From: a virus
Lineage: Duplodnaviria > Caudoviricetes
Strand: one strand, 5' to 3'
DNA length: 64,000 nucleotides
IMG/VR virus record: IMGVR_UViG_3300035520_000781
Location: 1-64,000 of that record
Shown: positions 1-8,065 of the stretch, piece after piece
How the letters are laid out: each line of letters opens with the position of its first letter
How positions within the stretch are numbered: the stretch's first letter is position 1
Notes under the pieces: generated by a model
Told to the model about the DNA's origin: nothing
Databases searched by the model: none
What the model saw: the letters and a program-made list of their open reading frames with translations, nothing else
Program-made: the position numbers and the translations under genes

Positions 1-190
1 TTAAATAATCAAATCCATATCTTTCTTTATAGAGTCTCTTCCAATCCTCTATATGTGTTTTTTCTATATCAGTAGAGCCACATTCATCACAGTAGTCTAA
101 ATCTAGACCTGCAGCTACTGTCTTTACCTTTAAAGATAAACAGCTTTTACAGTAATAAACAGGCTCATTATTGTATTCTAATGTGGTCAT
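1..190 (-). CDS. Zn-ribbon protein (partial, runs off window)
   Basis: Own translation MTTLEYNNEPVYYCKSCLSL...YCDECGSTD; two CxxC motifs; not in the ORF track. Confidence 0.75.
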   Translation of the reverse strand, partial: MTTLEYNNEPVYYCKSCLSLKVKTVAAGLDLDYCDECGSTDIEKTHIEDWKRLYKERYGFDYL

Positions 191-434
191 AAGCTTTCTT
201 CTTTTCTTCATTAACTGCTCTACCAAATGTAGGCTTTCTATTATTGAAGGGTCTCTTAGGATAGATACTACCAAAAAACATATCTACATGTCCTCTTTTA
301 ATAGCTCTTCTAATTGACTTAAATCTAGAAACAGCAGCATAAGAAGAATAAGAAGGAAGAGTATTAAACTCATTAAAGTTCTTATTGATTTGTTCTGCTA
401 CTTCCATTGTACTAAGTGATTGCATTTCTTCCAT
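168..434 (-). CDS. hypothetical protein
   Basis: 88 aa ORF overlapping the next gene. Confidence 0.7.
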   Translation of the reverse strand: MEEMQSLSTMEVAEQINKNFNEFNTLPSYSSYAAVSRFKSIRRAIKRGHVDMFFGSIYPKRPFNNRKPTFGRAVNEEKKKAYDHIRIQ

Positions 435-454
435 TTGCTCTTAATTTAGTTTAG

Positions 455-524
455 TTGCGGGAGTGGGTAATGCTCCCACAGAGTTAGGCTTATGAGACCT
501 AATGGAGGACTTCCTCTTCCCACA
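455..524 (-). tRNA. tRNA-Met(CAT), non-canonical D and T loops
   Basis: Acceptor TGTGGGA/TCCCGCA, anticodon arm TAGGT-CTCATAA-GCCTA, T-arm GTGGG-AGCATTA-CCCAC. Confidence 0.75.
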
Positions 525-704
525 ATATAGTAGTTTTCTTATGGCCTAGTTTGAACTTACTACTTATAAACTTAACTGTCAATACATAAAGATAGTGCAC
601 TTATCTTCTAATTATTGATACTTCCTGTTGCACATCTATAAGAATAGAGAGGTGTGAAGTGCTCATTTAAGGTCTTAGTATTTACCACTAAGAGGGGTAA
701 ATAG

Positions 705-778
705 TGCAGGTAATGAGGCTCGAACTCACAACTTTCAGTTTGGAAGACTGACACTCTAACCAATTGAGCTACACCTGC
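705..778 (-). tRNA. tRNA-Gly(TCC)
   Basis: Cloverleaf; TCAGT-CTTCCAA-ACTGA; GTTCGAG T-loop. Confidence 0.95.
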
Positions 779-784
779 ATTTAG

Positions 785-857
785 AGCTTCCTATAGGACT
801 CGAACCTACAACATACTGATTACAAAACAGTGGTTCTACCAATTGAACTAAGGAAGC
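785..857 (-). tRNA. tRNA-Thr(TGT)
   Basis: Acceptor GCTTCCT/AGGAAGC; anticodon loop TTTGTAA. Confidence 0.93.
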
Positions 858-864
858 TTTTAAG

Positions 865-1062
865 TCACTTCTTCAATTTTCCACCTGATGCAAGCCTCAT
901 AGCATTAGCACTTTTTTCAAGTCTTGATGCTTGTATTTTAGCTTGTTTAATGGCAGCAGTCTTTCTCTTACTATCTTGCATAATTTCTTGGTATCTTGCA
1001 AGAGTTTGAGCATCACTTTCTGCTTGCCATTGTTTTTCCATATCTATTGCTTTCTTTGCCAT
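865..1062 (-). CDS. hypothetical basic protein
   Basis: 65 aa ORF downstream of a TAnnTTTG promoter. Confidence 0.7.
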   Translation of the reverse strand: MAKKAIDMEKQWQAESDAQTLARYQEIMQDSKRKTAAIKQAKIQASRLEKSANAMRLASGGKLKK

Positions 1063-1081
1063 AGTATTTTATTTTATGCCA

Positions 1082-1089
1082 CAAAGGTA
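1082..1089 (-). promoter_or_regulatory. Bacteroidota-type promoter -7 element
   Basis: TACCTTTG matches TAnnTTTG. Confidence 0.65.
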
Positions 1090-1130
1090 AGTAAAATATT
1101 TTAAACTACCAAATAAAACTTTAATTATTT

Positions 1131-1472
1131 TCAATTAAAGTGAAGATAAAATGGTGATAGCACAGTATAAGCTAATTTCATATACCAAGGTTGATTAATA
1201 TCTAAATCAACACTTTTTGTTCTATCTCTTTTAATACCAAAGGAGTAAAGTAGATTATGAACTCTCCATTCATTAATCATACTAAACATTGACCTTTTAC
1301 TTATAGCTCTCTCAGATGAAGAAACAATAGAAGCTGCTTTTATCCAATTCAATATATCTTTCATGATAGATATAGATTTAAATCTATAAGAATTTTCAAT
1401 ATTAGTATTGGTATCAGATAAAGTAACCTTAACTACTTTTCCTTCAAAGGTTGTTAATACTTTTTTATCCAT
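1131..1472 (-). CDS. hypothetical protein
   Basis: Start moved to MDKKVL at 1472; the longer track ORF runs through a tRNA exon. Confidence 0.7.
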   Translation of the reverse strand: MDKKVLTTFEGKVVKVTLSDTNTNIENSYRFKSISIMKDILNWIKAASIVSSSERAISKRSMFSMINEWRVHNLLYSFGIKRDRTKSVDLDINQPWYMKLAYTVLSPFYLHFN

Positions 1473-1524
1473 AGTACCTCCAGTGGGACTTGAACCCACA
1501 CAGCCACAATGGCTAAGAGATTTT

Positions 1525-2276
1525 CGTACCACTATAGTTTTCACTACCATTGCTGTTTGTGGTCTGGACTATCTCTTCCCCATAGAATTAATCCTTAGGG
1601 GTATCGTGTTTAGTCTCTGCACCTTCTCCTAAGAGCTTGGCTCAGGATTGCCATCAGCACTACCTGTTAAGGTTTCCCTGAATTTACGATATTCTACTTC
1701 TCTCATTTCTGAGAGAGCACTCAATTTACCTTTACCTCTAAAATTTTCAGTTTGAGAATGACAATTTGGACATAAAATTTGCAGATTTTCAAATCTATTA
1801 TCTAAGTTGTCACCATTGATATGATGAACCTCAAGTGAAATAGGTTTCCCCATCCACTCTGAATAACCACATTTATCACATTTTCTTTCTGACCTATAAC
1901 TCAGTAGTCTCTTTCTTAATCTCCAACTACATTTATAATTAGAGTTTTTAATAAATACTTCTGAGTCACTAAAGTGTTTCATAGGTCTAAACTTTAGACC
2001 TACATTCCACCCCTTTCCTGTAAAATGTGATATATCAATGTTCTCTTTCTTAATAATCCTATTAACAGTAGTATAGTTACCACCAACAGGTCTTAAATTA
2101 AGAGTTCTCAATACTCCTGCTATAGATTTATTTTCTATAACAGCCCTCTTTATATCATCTACTGAATAATTTTTGCTACTCATATATTTTATGGTTTTAA
2201 TACACAAAAATACAAATAAATTATTACTCTTCCAATAATATAAGAGAATTTATTATTTTAGAGATATAGTTTTACT
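1525..2276 (-). mobile_element. group I intron (trnL/IC3-like) in tRNA-Leu anticodon
   Basis: P AATTCAGGGAAA, Q AATCCTGAGC, R GTGCAGAGACTA, S AAGAGATAGTCC; P3 TATCGT/ACGATA; IGS GAGT pairs with exon ACTT; terminal G. Confidence 0.93.
1629..2183 (-). CDS. HNH homing endonuclease (intron-encoded)
   Basis: CDKC...LEVHHINGDNLDNRFENLQILCPNCH; likely ATG start at 2183. Confidence 0.92.
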   Translation of the reverse strand: MSSKNYSVDDIKRAVIENKSIAGVLRTLNLRPVGGNYTTVNRIIKKENIDISHFTGKGWNVGLKFRPMKHFSDSEVFIKNSNYKCSWRLRKRLLSYRSERKCDKCGYSEWMGKPISLEVHHINGDNLDNRFENLQILCPNCHSQTENFRGKGKLSALSEMREVEYRKFRETLTGSADGNPEPSS

Positions 2277-2319
2277 AAGTCTCTCATGTCTACCATTCCA
2301 TCATGAAGGCATTTAATAG

Positions 2320-2392
2320 TGGAGAAGGATGGAATCGAACCACCATAAAAGGATTTTCAGTCCTCCGCATTGACCAACTTTGCTACTACTCC
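2320..2392 (-). tRNA. tRNA-Phe(GAA)
   Basis: GAGGA-CTGAAAA-TCCTT; GGTGG-TTCGATT-CCATC. Confidence 0.9.
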
Positions 2393-2636
2393 AGTATAGC
2401 AGAACCTTTACTGCTATGGTACCTTTAGGTTTTTTGTCTAATCAGCCTTAGACAGCAGGGATGGTTTCACCTTAAACCCCGACAGGTTTTTGAGTTTAGA
2501 ACTACTTTTTCTAGCCGTATTAAAGTAGTTCCAGCAGTACAGCTGTTTTTAAAGAGGTTTCTTCTAGAAATAACTGCCAGCTCCTCTATATATGTCAATG
2601 TTCTTTTATTATATTATTAAAGTAAAAGGATGGGAA

Positions 2637-2747
2637 TTATCCTATGTGTTTCATAGGAATCATTCCCGAGGGGCAGTAATAGTAATTTTCAGTTCTTTTA
2701 AAATACCATTTAGCTGCTCTCTTAATTAATGTACAAGCCTTTTTCAT
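2637..2747 (-). CDS. small protein, 36 aa
   Basis: Own translation MKKACTLIKRAAKWYFKRTENYYYCPSGMIPMKHIG with an AT-rich leader. Confidence 0.55.
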   Translation of the reverse strand: MKKACTLIKRAAKWYFKRTENYYYCPSGMIPMKHIG

Positions 2748-2828
2748 AATAATATAATTTAGAATTAATACTATCAAAAAGGCATAGATGTTTGAAATGC
2801 CAGGGACACCTATGTCACCCTAGGGTAG

Positions 2829-2902
2829 TAGCTGCGATGGGTAATGCTCCCATTGTCTTCTTCTTATAAGGAAGATGCTTTTACTGTCTAAGCTACGCAG
2901 CA
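2829..2902 (-). tRNA. tRNA-Ile(TAT), non-canonical T loop
   Basis: TCTTC-CTTATAA-GAAGA; ATGGG-AGCATTA-CCCAT; acceptor GCTGCG/CGCAGC. Confidence 0.75.
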
Positions 2903-2914
2903 TTATATAATATG

Positions 2915-2988
2915 TGGGCAATTTAGGAATTGAACCTAAGGCCGCTTGAATATCAGTCAAGTGCTCTAACCAACTGAGCTAATTGCCC
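2915..2988 (-). tRNA. tRNA-Ile(GAT)
   Basis: GGGCAAT/ATTGCCC; CTTGA-CTGATAT-TCAAG. Confidence 0.95.
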
Positions 2989-2991
2989 AAG

Positions 2992-3062
2992 CAAAGGTGG
3001 GAAGAATCGAACTTCCATTGCCAGTTTTGGAGACTGGAGTAATACCATTATACCACACCAAT
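2992..3062 (-). tRNA. tRNA-Trp(CCA)
   Basis: CCAGT-CTCCAAA-ACTGG; canonical T-arm; two U-U mismatches in the acceptor. Confidence 0.8.
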
Positions 3063-3200
3063 AAATGTAGGGGTTTCCTACCCTACTCATCAGGTTCTAA
3101 TGTGTTGTCTATACATTAAAAGACACTGATAGGTGAAGCCATGAATAGGGACATTCTGCTTCAGAAGATATTCTGCTATTTCCCTTTCAAATATCCAGTG

Positions 3201-3274
3201 CTGGATATGTAGGCATCGAACCTACAACCTGCTGGTTAACAGCCAGCTGCTCTAACCTATTGAGCTAATATCCA
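3201..3274 (-). tRNA. tRNA-Asn(GTT)
   Basis: TGGATAT/ATATCCA; GCTGG-CTGTTAA-CCAGC. Confidence 0.95.
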
Positions 3275-3281
3275 ATATTAG

Positions 3282-3354
3282 TAGAGCCATTGGGGCTTGA
3301 ACCCAAATTACCACCGTGAAAGGGTGGCATCCTAACCTATTAGATGATGGCTCC
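3282..3354 (-). tRNA. tRNA-Glu(TTC)
   Basis: CCACC-CTTTCAC-GGTGG; cloverleaf. Confidence 0.93.
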
Positions 3355-3437
3355 ATTTGCCCACTTACACCTTCACAGGCTAGGTGGGAATCTTTCAATC
3401 ACATTAACAACAAAATAAAACAAACGTGTCTCCGCAG

Positions 3438-3509
3438 TACCCCCTCTAGGACTCGAACCTAGATTAATAGTTTAGAAGACTATTGCATTATCCCTTATAC
3501 TAAGGAGGC
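3438..3509 (-). tRNA. tRNA-Arg(TCT)
   Basis: ATAGT-CTTCTAA-ACTAT; CTAGG-TTCGAGT-CCTAG. Confidence 0.95.
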
Positions 3510-3522
3510 TTAAAAGATACTG

Positions 3523-3554
3523 CAAAGGTAAGTAAAAAAATTTAATTATGCAAA
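3523..3554 (-). promoter_or_regulatory. Bacteroidota-type promoter for the tRNA cluster
   Basis: TTTG (-33) and TACCTTTG (-7) just upstream of the first tRNA. Confidence 0.75.
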
Positions 3555-3565
3555 TTTTTATTTAA

Positions 3566-4276
3566 TTATTTTTGTCCATTCAATAAATACTTTAATGATT
3601 CTGCATCCTTTGCTACTTGATTTGGATAATTCTTTCCCATACCATAGTTAAATTCATTTAATGCTTCAACTGCATGAACATATGGATTATCCTCAGGATT
3701 ATAGTAATCTATAACTTTTCCTTTTTTATTTTTAGTTACTCTTTTCTTATCTGGGTCATATTTACCTTTGGATACATCATATTTTAAAGTAGATTCTACA
3801 TTATTAAAAAAGTCTGTATCTTGTCCTGCTCTAATTATTGCTTCGGCTAAATCATCTGCAGAATAATAAAAACCAGGGGAACCATATACTAAAGGATTGC
3901 TGCTTGGTATTTTATAAAGTGTATTTAACGCACCTCTTATTGGTGAAATGTAATAATTGTGGTCATTAGATAAACTAGTTGGAGTGGTTTTTTTGTCATA
4001 TTTAAATGTATTATTAGGTTTACTATTTACAGTAGGAGCAAAATAATATGGTGGATAATTTCCAGACCCTGTTTCTCTTGAGGATATTCCTAAAAACTTA
4101 GCCTGAGCTTCTCTATTATTCAGATTGGCTTTTACTGAATCTACATAATTTGTAGAAATAGAAACTCCTTTATCTTTTCCTTTTTGTATTTTATGCTCCT
4201 TTTCTCCAATAAAGTCTATTTGTCTGCTATTATTTATTTTATCTCTTTGTTTTGTAAAATGCTCATCAGCAGACAT
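3566..4276 (-). CDS. hypothetical; probable C-terminal part of a frameshifted gene
   Basis: Frame stays open upstream to the A9 run at 4349-4357. Confidence 0.7.
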   Translation of the reverse strand: MSADEHFTKQRDKINNSRQIDFIGEKEHKIQKGKDKGVSISTNYVDSVKANLNNREAQAKFLGISSRETGSGNYPPYYFAPTVNSKPNNTFKYDKKTTPTSLSNDHNYYISPIRGALNTLYKIPSSNPLVYGSPGFYYSADDLAEAIIRAGQDTDFFNNVESTLKYDVSKGKYDPDKKRVTKNKKGKVIDYYNPEDNPYVHAVEALNEFNYGMGKNYPNQVAKDAESLKYLLNGQK

Positions 4277-4299
4277 TGCTTGATAAGTGTAAGGATAAT

Positions 4300-5334
4300 C
4301 TAATAGTGCTTTCTTTCTTCTATAACTGTTATTTTTTGATTTCCCTCCTTTTTTTTTGAGGGAACATCAACAAATTTAGCAAACTTACCATTGGGTGTCA
4401 TCATAAATGGGTCTCCTGCAGAATTCTTAAACTCAAATCTATCTTTTTGATAATTATATACCAACGGAGTCCCAGCCATAGTTCTCAACATTCCATCTTT
4501 AATATAACCTTTATGTCCAAGTTTTTCAAGCTTAGCAAGTAACTGCTTATTAGTTAATAATCCTCCAGCTCTAAATTCATTACTCTGAGGAGAAACAGTT
4601 ACTTCAGAAAGAGGATATGGATGTAAGTAATTATAAATCTCTCTTGTAGGTTCTTGTAATGGGGCATTCCATTCTAATAATTGTTGCCTATCAGGATAAT
4701 AATTATCTTGTTCAAGCTCTTCCTTAGTTCCAGGGTGAAACATATTTCTAAGCCACCCATCTTCTTCATTCTCTACATATCTATTAAATGGCATTACCTC
4801 TACACCATTATTAGCCTTCTTATCTTCTTCATATCTTTGTCTTGCTCCATAAATAATATCAGTATCATCAGCAGCAGCATCTAAATTTCTTAAGAGGCTT
4901 TGATATGTAGGGTCTTTCTTCCTTAATACATGAAGGTAATCCAATTGTGTTGCTATTTTAGGATTCTTTATTTTATCATTAAATACTATAGTATTCTGTC
5001 CTTCATATGGATTTTTATAGGTATATCCAGACTCAGGATAATAAGCATCTTCTCCTAACATAGCTTCAATATCTCCATGCCCTGAGTTAAATGTATTATC
5101 CTGTATAATATTTACAGGATAATTATCATATAAATAGGGGTATTCTTGTTGTAAAGACTGCTCTAAATCTTCTCTTCTTTGGTATGTTTGGTTTGAGTTC
5201 TCAGCACTATCTTTATATCCACCTTCGGCAAAAGTATTGTAGTATTGCTTTATAGTATTAAGGTCTGTAATACCACTCTTAACACCAAGTTGTATAACTT
5301 TGGCTCTATCAGCCATTGATAATTTATTCCACAT
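4300..5334 (-). CDS. putative virion cargo protein with xxGG motifs
   Basis: N-terminus MWNKLSMADRAK...YNTFAEGG and internal FRAGG resemble crAss-like late proteins (from recall). Confidence 0.6.
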   Translation of the reverse strand: MWNKLSMADRAKVIQLGVKSGITDLNTIKQYYNTFAEGGYKDSAENSNQTYQRREDLEQSLQQEYPYLYDNYPVNIIQDNTFNSGHGDIEAMLGEDAYYPESGYTYKNPYEGQNTIVFNDKIKNPKIATQLDYLHVLRKKDPTYQSLLRNLDAAADDTDIIYGARQRYEEDKKANNGVEVMPFNRYVENEEDGWLRNMFHPGTKEELEQDNYYPDRQQLLEWNAPLQEPTREIYNYLHPYPLSEVTVSPQSNEFRAGGLLTNKQLLAKLEKLGHKGYIKDGMLRTMAGTPLVYNYQKDRFEFKNSAGDPFMMTPNGKFAKFVDVPSKKKEGNQKITVIEERKHY

Positions 5335-5336
5335 AA

Positions 5337-5969
5337 TTATCTATAATCAACAAAATCAATCATTAATATATCATGTGTAGGATTCTCAAAGAATTCTTTT
5401 ACAGTCTTCTTATTATTCTTTTTGGCGTAATACCAAGGATATAAATCATCTAATTTACTATCTCCTGAGTAATGTTTACCTGGAATTTCTACTGAATTAC
5501 AAGAAGCATATTTATCTAAATAAGTTAATTTTTTATTCCCAAAATCATATACTTCTTTCCAAGTTCCTTTTACTCTGTTTTCTTGAAAATTAATATTAGG
5601 AGCAATAGTTTTAAAGAACTCACACAGTTTATAAAATTCATCTAAGCAACCCTCCCATTCTTCCTTTTCTAATACTACTCTTGCATAGCATTGATTGTCA
5701 CTATTTAACTCAGAGAGATTGTTAAGAAGCATTAGATTATCATATACTGCTCTTGCCCCTCCTTTGTACTTCATTAGGCCATGTGCAAATTCATAGTTAC
5801 CATTTTTATCTATTCTTATTCTAAAATCAAAGTATCTTACACCCTGATTAAACTGCTCTTCTAATGATATTCTTTGACACCTTGCTATAAACTTAAAAGG
5901 CCTCATCCACCAGTGTTTAGCCTGTAAATAACTCATAGTATTGTGACTACCAAGTATTGCTTTTCCCAT
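5337..5969 (-). CDS. PI-PLC X-domain-like phosphodiesterase
   Basis: GSHNTMSY...EQFNQGVRYFDFRIR...FAHG; ATG start MGKAIL. Confidence 0.85.
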   Translation of the reverse strand: MGKAILGSHNTMSYLQAKHWWMRPFKFIARCQRISLEEQFNQGVRYFDFRIRIDKNGNYEFAHGLMKYKGGARAVYDNLMLLNNLSELNSDNQCYARVVLEKEEWEGCLDEFYKLCEFFKTIAPNINFQENRVKGTWKEVYDFGNKKLTYLDKYASCNSVEIPGKHYSGDSKLDDLYPWYYAKKNNKKTVKEFFENPTHDILMIDFVDYR

Positions 5970-6002
5970 ATATTTTTGTATTAAATTGGTTAGTAATGGA
6001 TG

Positions 6003-6010
6003 CAAAGATA
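6003..6010 (-). promoter_or_regulatory. Bacteroidota-type promoter -7 element
   Basis: TATCTTTG at the strand switch. Confidence 0.65.
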
Positions 6011-6215
6011 GATTAAAAAAATAATATATACAATACCTTTTCAGAAATGATTATACAAAATTTATTTTTTATTTTTTTTTTGAAATGGGTTTTATTTGTG
6101 GAGGTGAGAGACAATTATCACTCCTCCCCCGTCTTTGAATTGAAAATGGGATACCTCCCCCTGTGGTACTAGAAAGGAATCACTTTTCTCAAGCAATTGA
6201 ATTATAGCAAAAGCT

Positions 6216-6449
6216 ATGGAAACAATACTTACCCAAGCTATAATGACCTCGATAGAGGCATTAAAGCAAGTCCCAGGAACTGAACTCCTGCACATTGAAG
6301 CAACTCTAAGACAGCTCAAAGCTGACTTACAGAACCTAAACATCACTATTCCTCAGACTCTGGAAGAGTTGGTTGAGGATGCTGCTGTTGCTCATGCTGA
6401 GTATATGGCATATGGTGATTGGTATGAACCTTATGAGCCTGAGAGGTAA
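6216..6449 (+). CDS. hypothetical early protein
   Basis: 77 aa; follows a motif copy. Confidence 0.7.
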   Translation: METILTQAIMTSIEALKQVPGTELLHIEATLRQLKADLQNLNITIPQTLEELVEDAAVAHAEYMAYGDWYEPYEPER

Positions 6450-6485
6450 TCACTCTTCCATTGGTCTTGAGTATTAATTAATTAA

Positions 6486-6680
6486 ATGTTAAATAAGATG
6501 AAAAAGTTTCTAAACAAGTATGACTACATCATCATTGCAGCTCTTGCTATCATTGCTGTGCTGTCAATGTGTGGTGCTTTGCTGTCAGCTGACATGCATT
6601 TTCAAACTATTAGTGAGGGATGTCTCATAACAAGTCTTTCCTCTTTTGTATTAATGGTTGCATTGTCTGTGTTGATGTAA
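6486..6680 (+). CDS. small membrane protein
   Basis: Two hydrophobic segments. Confidence 0.65.
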   Translation: MLNKMKKFLNKYDYIIIAALAIIAVLSMCGALLSADMHFQTISEGCLITSLSSFVLMVALSVLM

Positions 6681-6694
6681 TCACTCTTCTCTTG

Positions 6695-6747
6695 TCTCTG
6701 GTTTGGTAACTCACATTGTGATGGTAGTTCGATTCTACCTCAGAGAA
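6695..6747 (+). ncRNA. tRNA-like mini-RNA (acceptor + T-arm, no D-arm or anticodon loop)
   Basis: TCTCTGG/TCAGAGA; GGTAG-TTCGATT-CTACC; internal TCAC-ATT-GTGA. Confidence 0.55.
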
Positions 6748-6800
6748 CTATGCTCAAATGGACAGGCATAATTGTCCTATAATCTAAGTCATTAAACAAA

Positions 6801-7193
6801 ATGAAACATTCAGACTTAGTGTTTCTGCTGGCTTATCTTGAGGCCACAGAACAAGAATCATTGACTCTTGAAGAGGCACTTGATTCAGTAAACAATCTCT
6901 TTGATTCCTACCATAAGGAGGATGATGAGTATCAACACTTCAATGATGAGGAATTCAAAGCTACATTCCTCCAGCGCTTCAACCAACTCAAAGAGGGAAA
7001 GTTCTCTTACTTTGAAGCTCCAATCTCTGAGGTAAGTGATGAGGAACTAATCAGATGGTACATCATGTTCTGTAATGGGGCTGATTACAGAGACCCAATC
7101 TCTCACATGGAGTACAGAATGTTCCGTAAAGAACAAGAGAACAGAGACAAAGAGTTTAATGAACAGGTTGACTACATTGACTCTGTAATCTAA
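6801..7193 (+). CDS. acidic hypothetical early protein
   Basis: 130 aa, D/E-rich. Confidence 0.75.
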   Translation: MKHSDLVFLLAYLEATEQESLTLEEALDSVNNLFDSYHKEDDEYQHFNDEEFKATFLQRFNQLKEGKFSYFEAPISEVSDEELIRWYIMFCNGADYRDPISHMEYRMFRKEQENRDKEFNEQVDYIDSVI

Positions 7194-7265
7194 TCAAAGT
7201 AATAGGAGGAATGAGTAATCACTCCTCCTATGCTACTGAGTTTAACAACATTTATCATACAACAA

Positions 7266-7559
7266 ATGGCAAACAAATTATCTGCTGCTCAAGCTGCTAT
7301 CAGAGATATGCAAGCTTGTCGCCTGAACACTGCTATGTTTCAGGGAACTGTCAGATTCTTCATCTCTCTTAATGAAGAACTGGGCATTACAAATGACAGA
7401 GTCTCCAAGAAAGTTAAGAAGGAGACTAAGACCTTCACAGAGTTTGTTGGTGGATTTTGTCACCAACAGCCTAATCTCAAACTCCAAGTTAAAGTTGTTG
7501 TCAGAGTTATTAACCCTGATGGCACAATAAGCTGTGGTGAAGACTGGGACTTTGAGTAA
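7266..7559 (+). CDS. hypothetical early protein
   Basis: Start MANKL after an A-rich leader. Confidence 0.7.
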   Translation: MANKLSAAQAAIRDMQACRLNTAMFQGTVRFFISLNEELGITNDRVSKKVKKETKTFTEFVGGFCHQQPNLKLQVKVVVRVINPDGTISCGEDWDFE

Positions 7560-7632
7560 ATTCCTAAACATAGGAGGAGAGTTAAATCACTCCTCCTATG
7601 AACTTGAAATATCTAACTAAACCCAAAACAAC

Positions 7633-7791
7633 ATGTACAAAGTAATCTATCAAAAGAAAGCAGGTTATCCTGTGCAGTCTTTTCAGACTAAGACCCTTGA
7701 TGTGCAATGCATCGAAAGAATGGCCTATTGGTACTATAAAGTAACAGTCCTTAAAGCTGGTGAAGTTATCTTTGACTACATCTTTGACTAA
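7633..7791 (+). CDS. hypothetical small protein
   Basis: Own translation MYKVIYQKKAGYPVQSF...DYIFD, lying between two motif copies. Confidence 0.6.
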   Translation: MYKVIYQKKAGYPVQSFQTKTLDVQCIERMAYWYYKVTVLKAGEVIFDYIFD

Positions 7792-7840
7792 CTAATCACT
7801 CTCTCCTCGACTTTGAAATAACCCTTAATCCCAAAACAAA

Positions 7841-8056
7841 ATGAACAGTTCTATTAAAGAAGCCAGTGAAATGTATGCAGTTGGCAGCATCTCACTAACC
7901 CAGGTGGCAGAGGTTGTCGAAAGATTCCCTCTTGCACAACAAGCTAAACTGATGGAAGAGGCTATGCACTATGCTGATTTCTTCTACCAAATGTATGAAG
8001 AATGGATGGAGAAGCAGGAGAAAAAGCACTCTTCCAGTGAGTCTGAAACTAACTAA
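7841..8056 (+). CDS. hypothetical early protein
   Basis: 71 aa ORF. Confidence 0.7.
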   Translation: MNSSIKEASEMYAVGSISLTQVAEVVERFPLAQQAKLMEEAMHYADFFYQMYEEWMEKQEKKHSSSESETN

Positions 8057-8065
8057 CTAAAAACT

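Larger units (their letters stand above)
1475..2310 (-). tRNA. trnL: tRNA-Leu(TAA), intron-split (exons 2310-2277 and 1524-1475)
   Basis: Joined exons give GCCTTCA...AGAGA-CTT|AAAA-TCTCT, a long variable arm, GTGGG-TTCAAGT-CCCAC and TGGAGGT-A. Confidence 0.93.

Noticed and set aside
1408-1632. 74 aa + strand ORF and the N-terminal extension of ORF 1131-1550
   Set aside because: They overlap the tRNA exon and the intron core
3066-3100. Hammerhead ribozyme (CTGATGAG...GAAAC on the minus strand)
   Set aside because: No stem II with the G-C closing pair before GAAA, and no convincing stem I or III
455-3509. HDV-like theta ribozymes at tRNA 3' ends
   Set aside because: I could not build the nested double pseudoknot after any tRNA by eye; a motif search would be needed to exclude them
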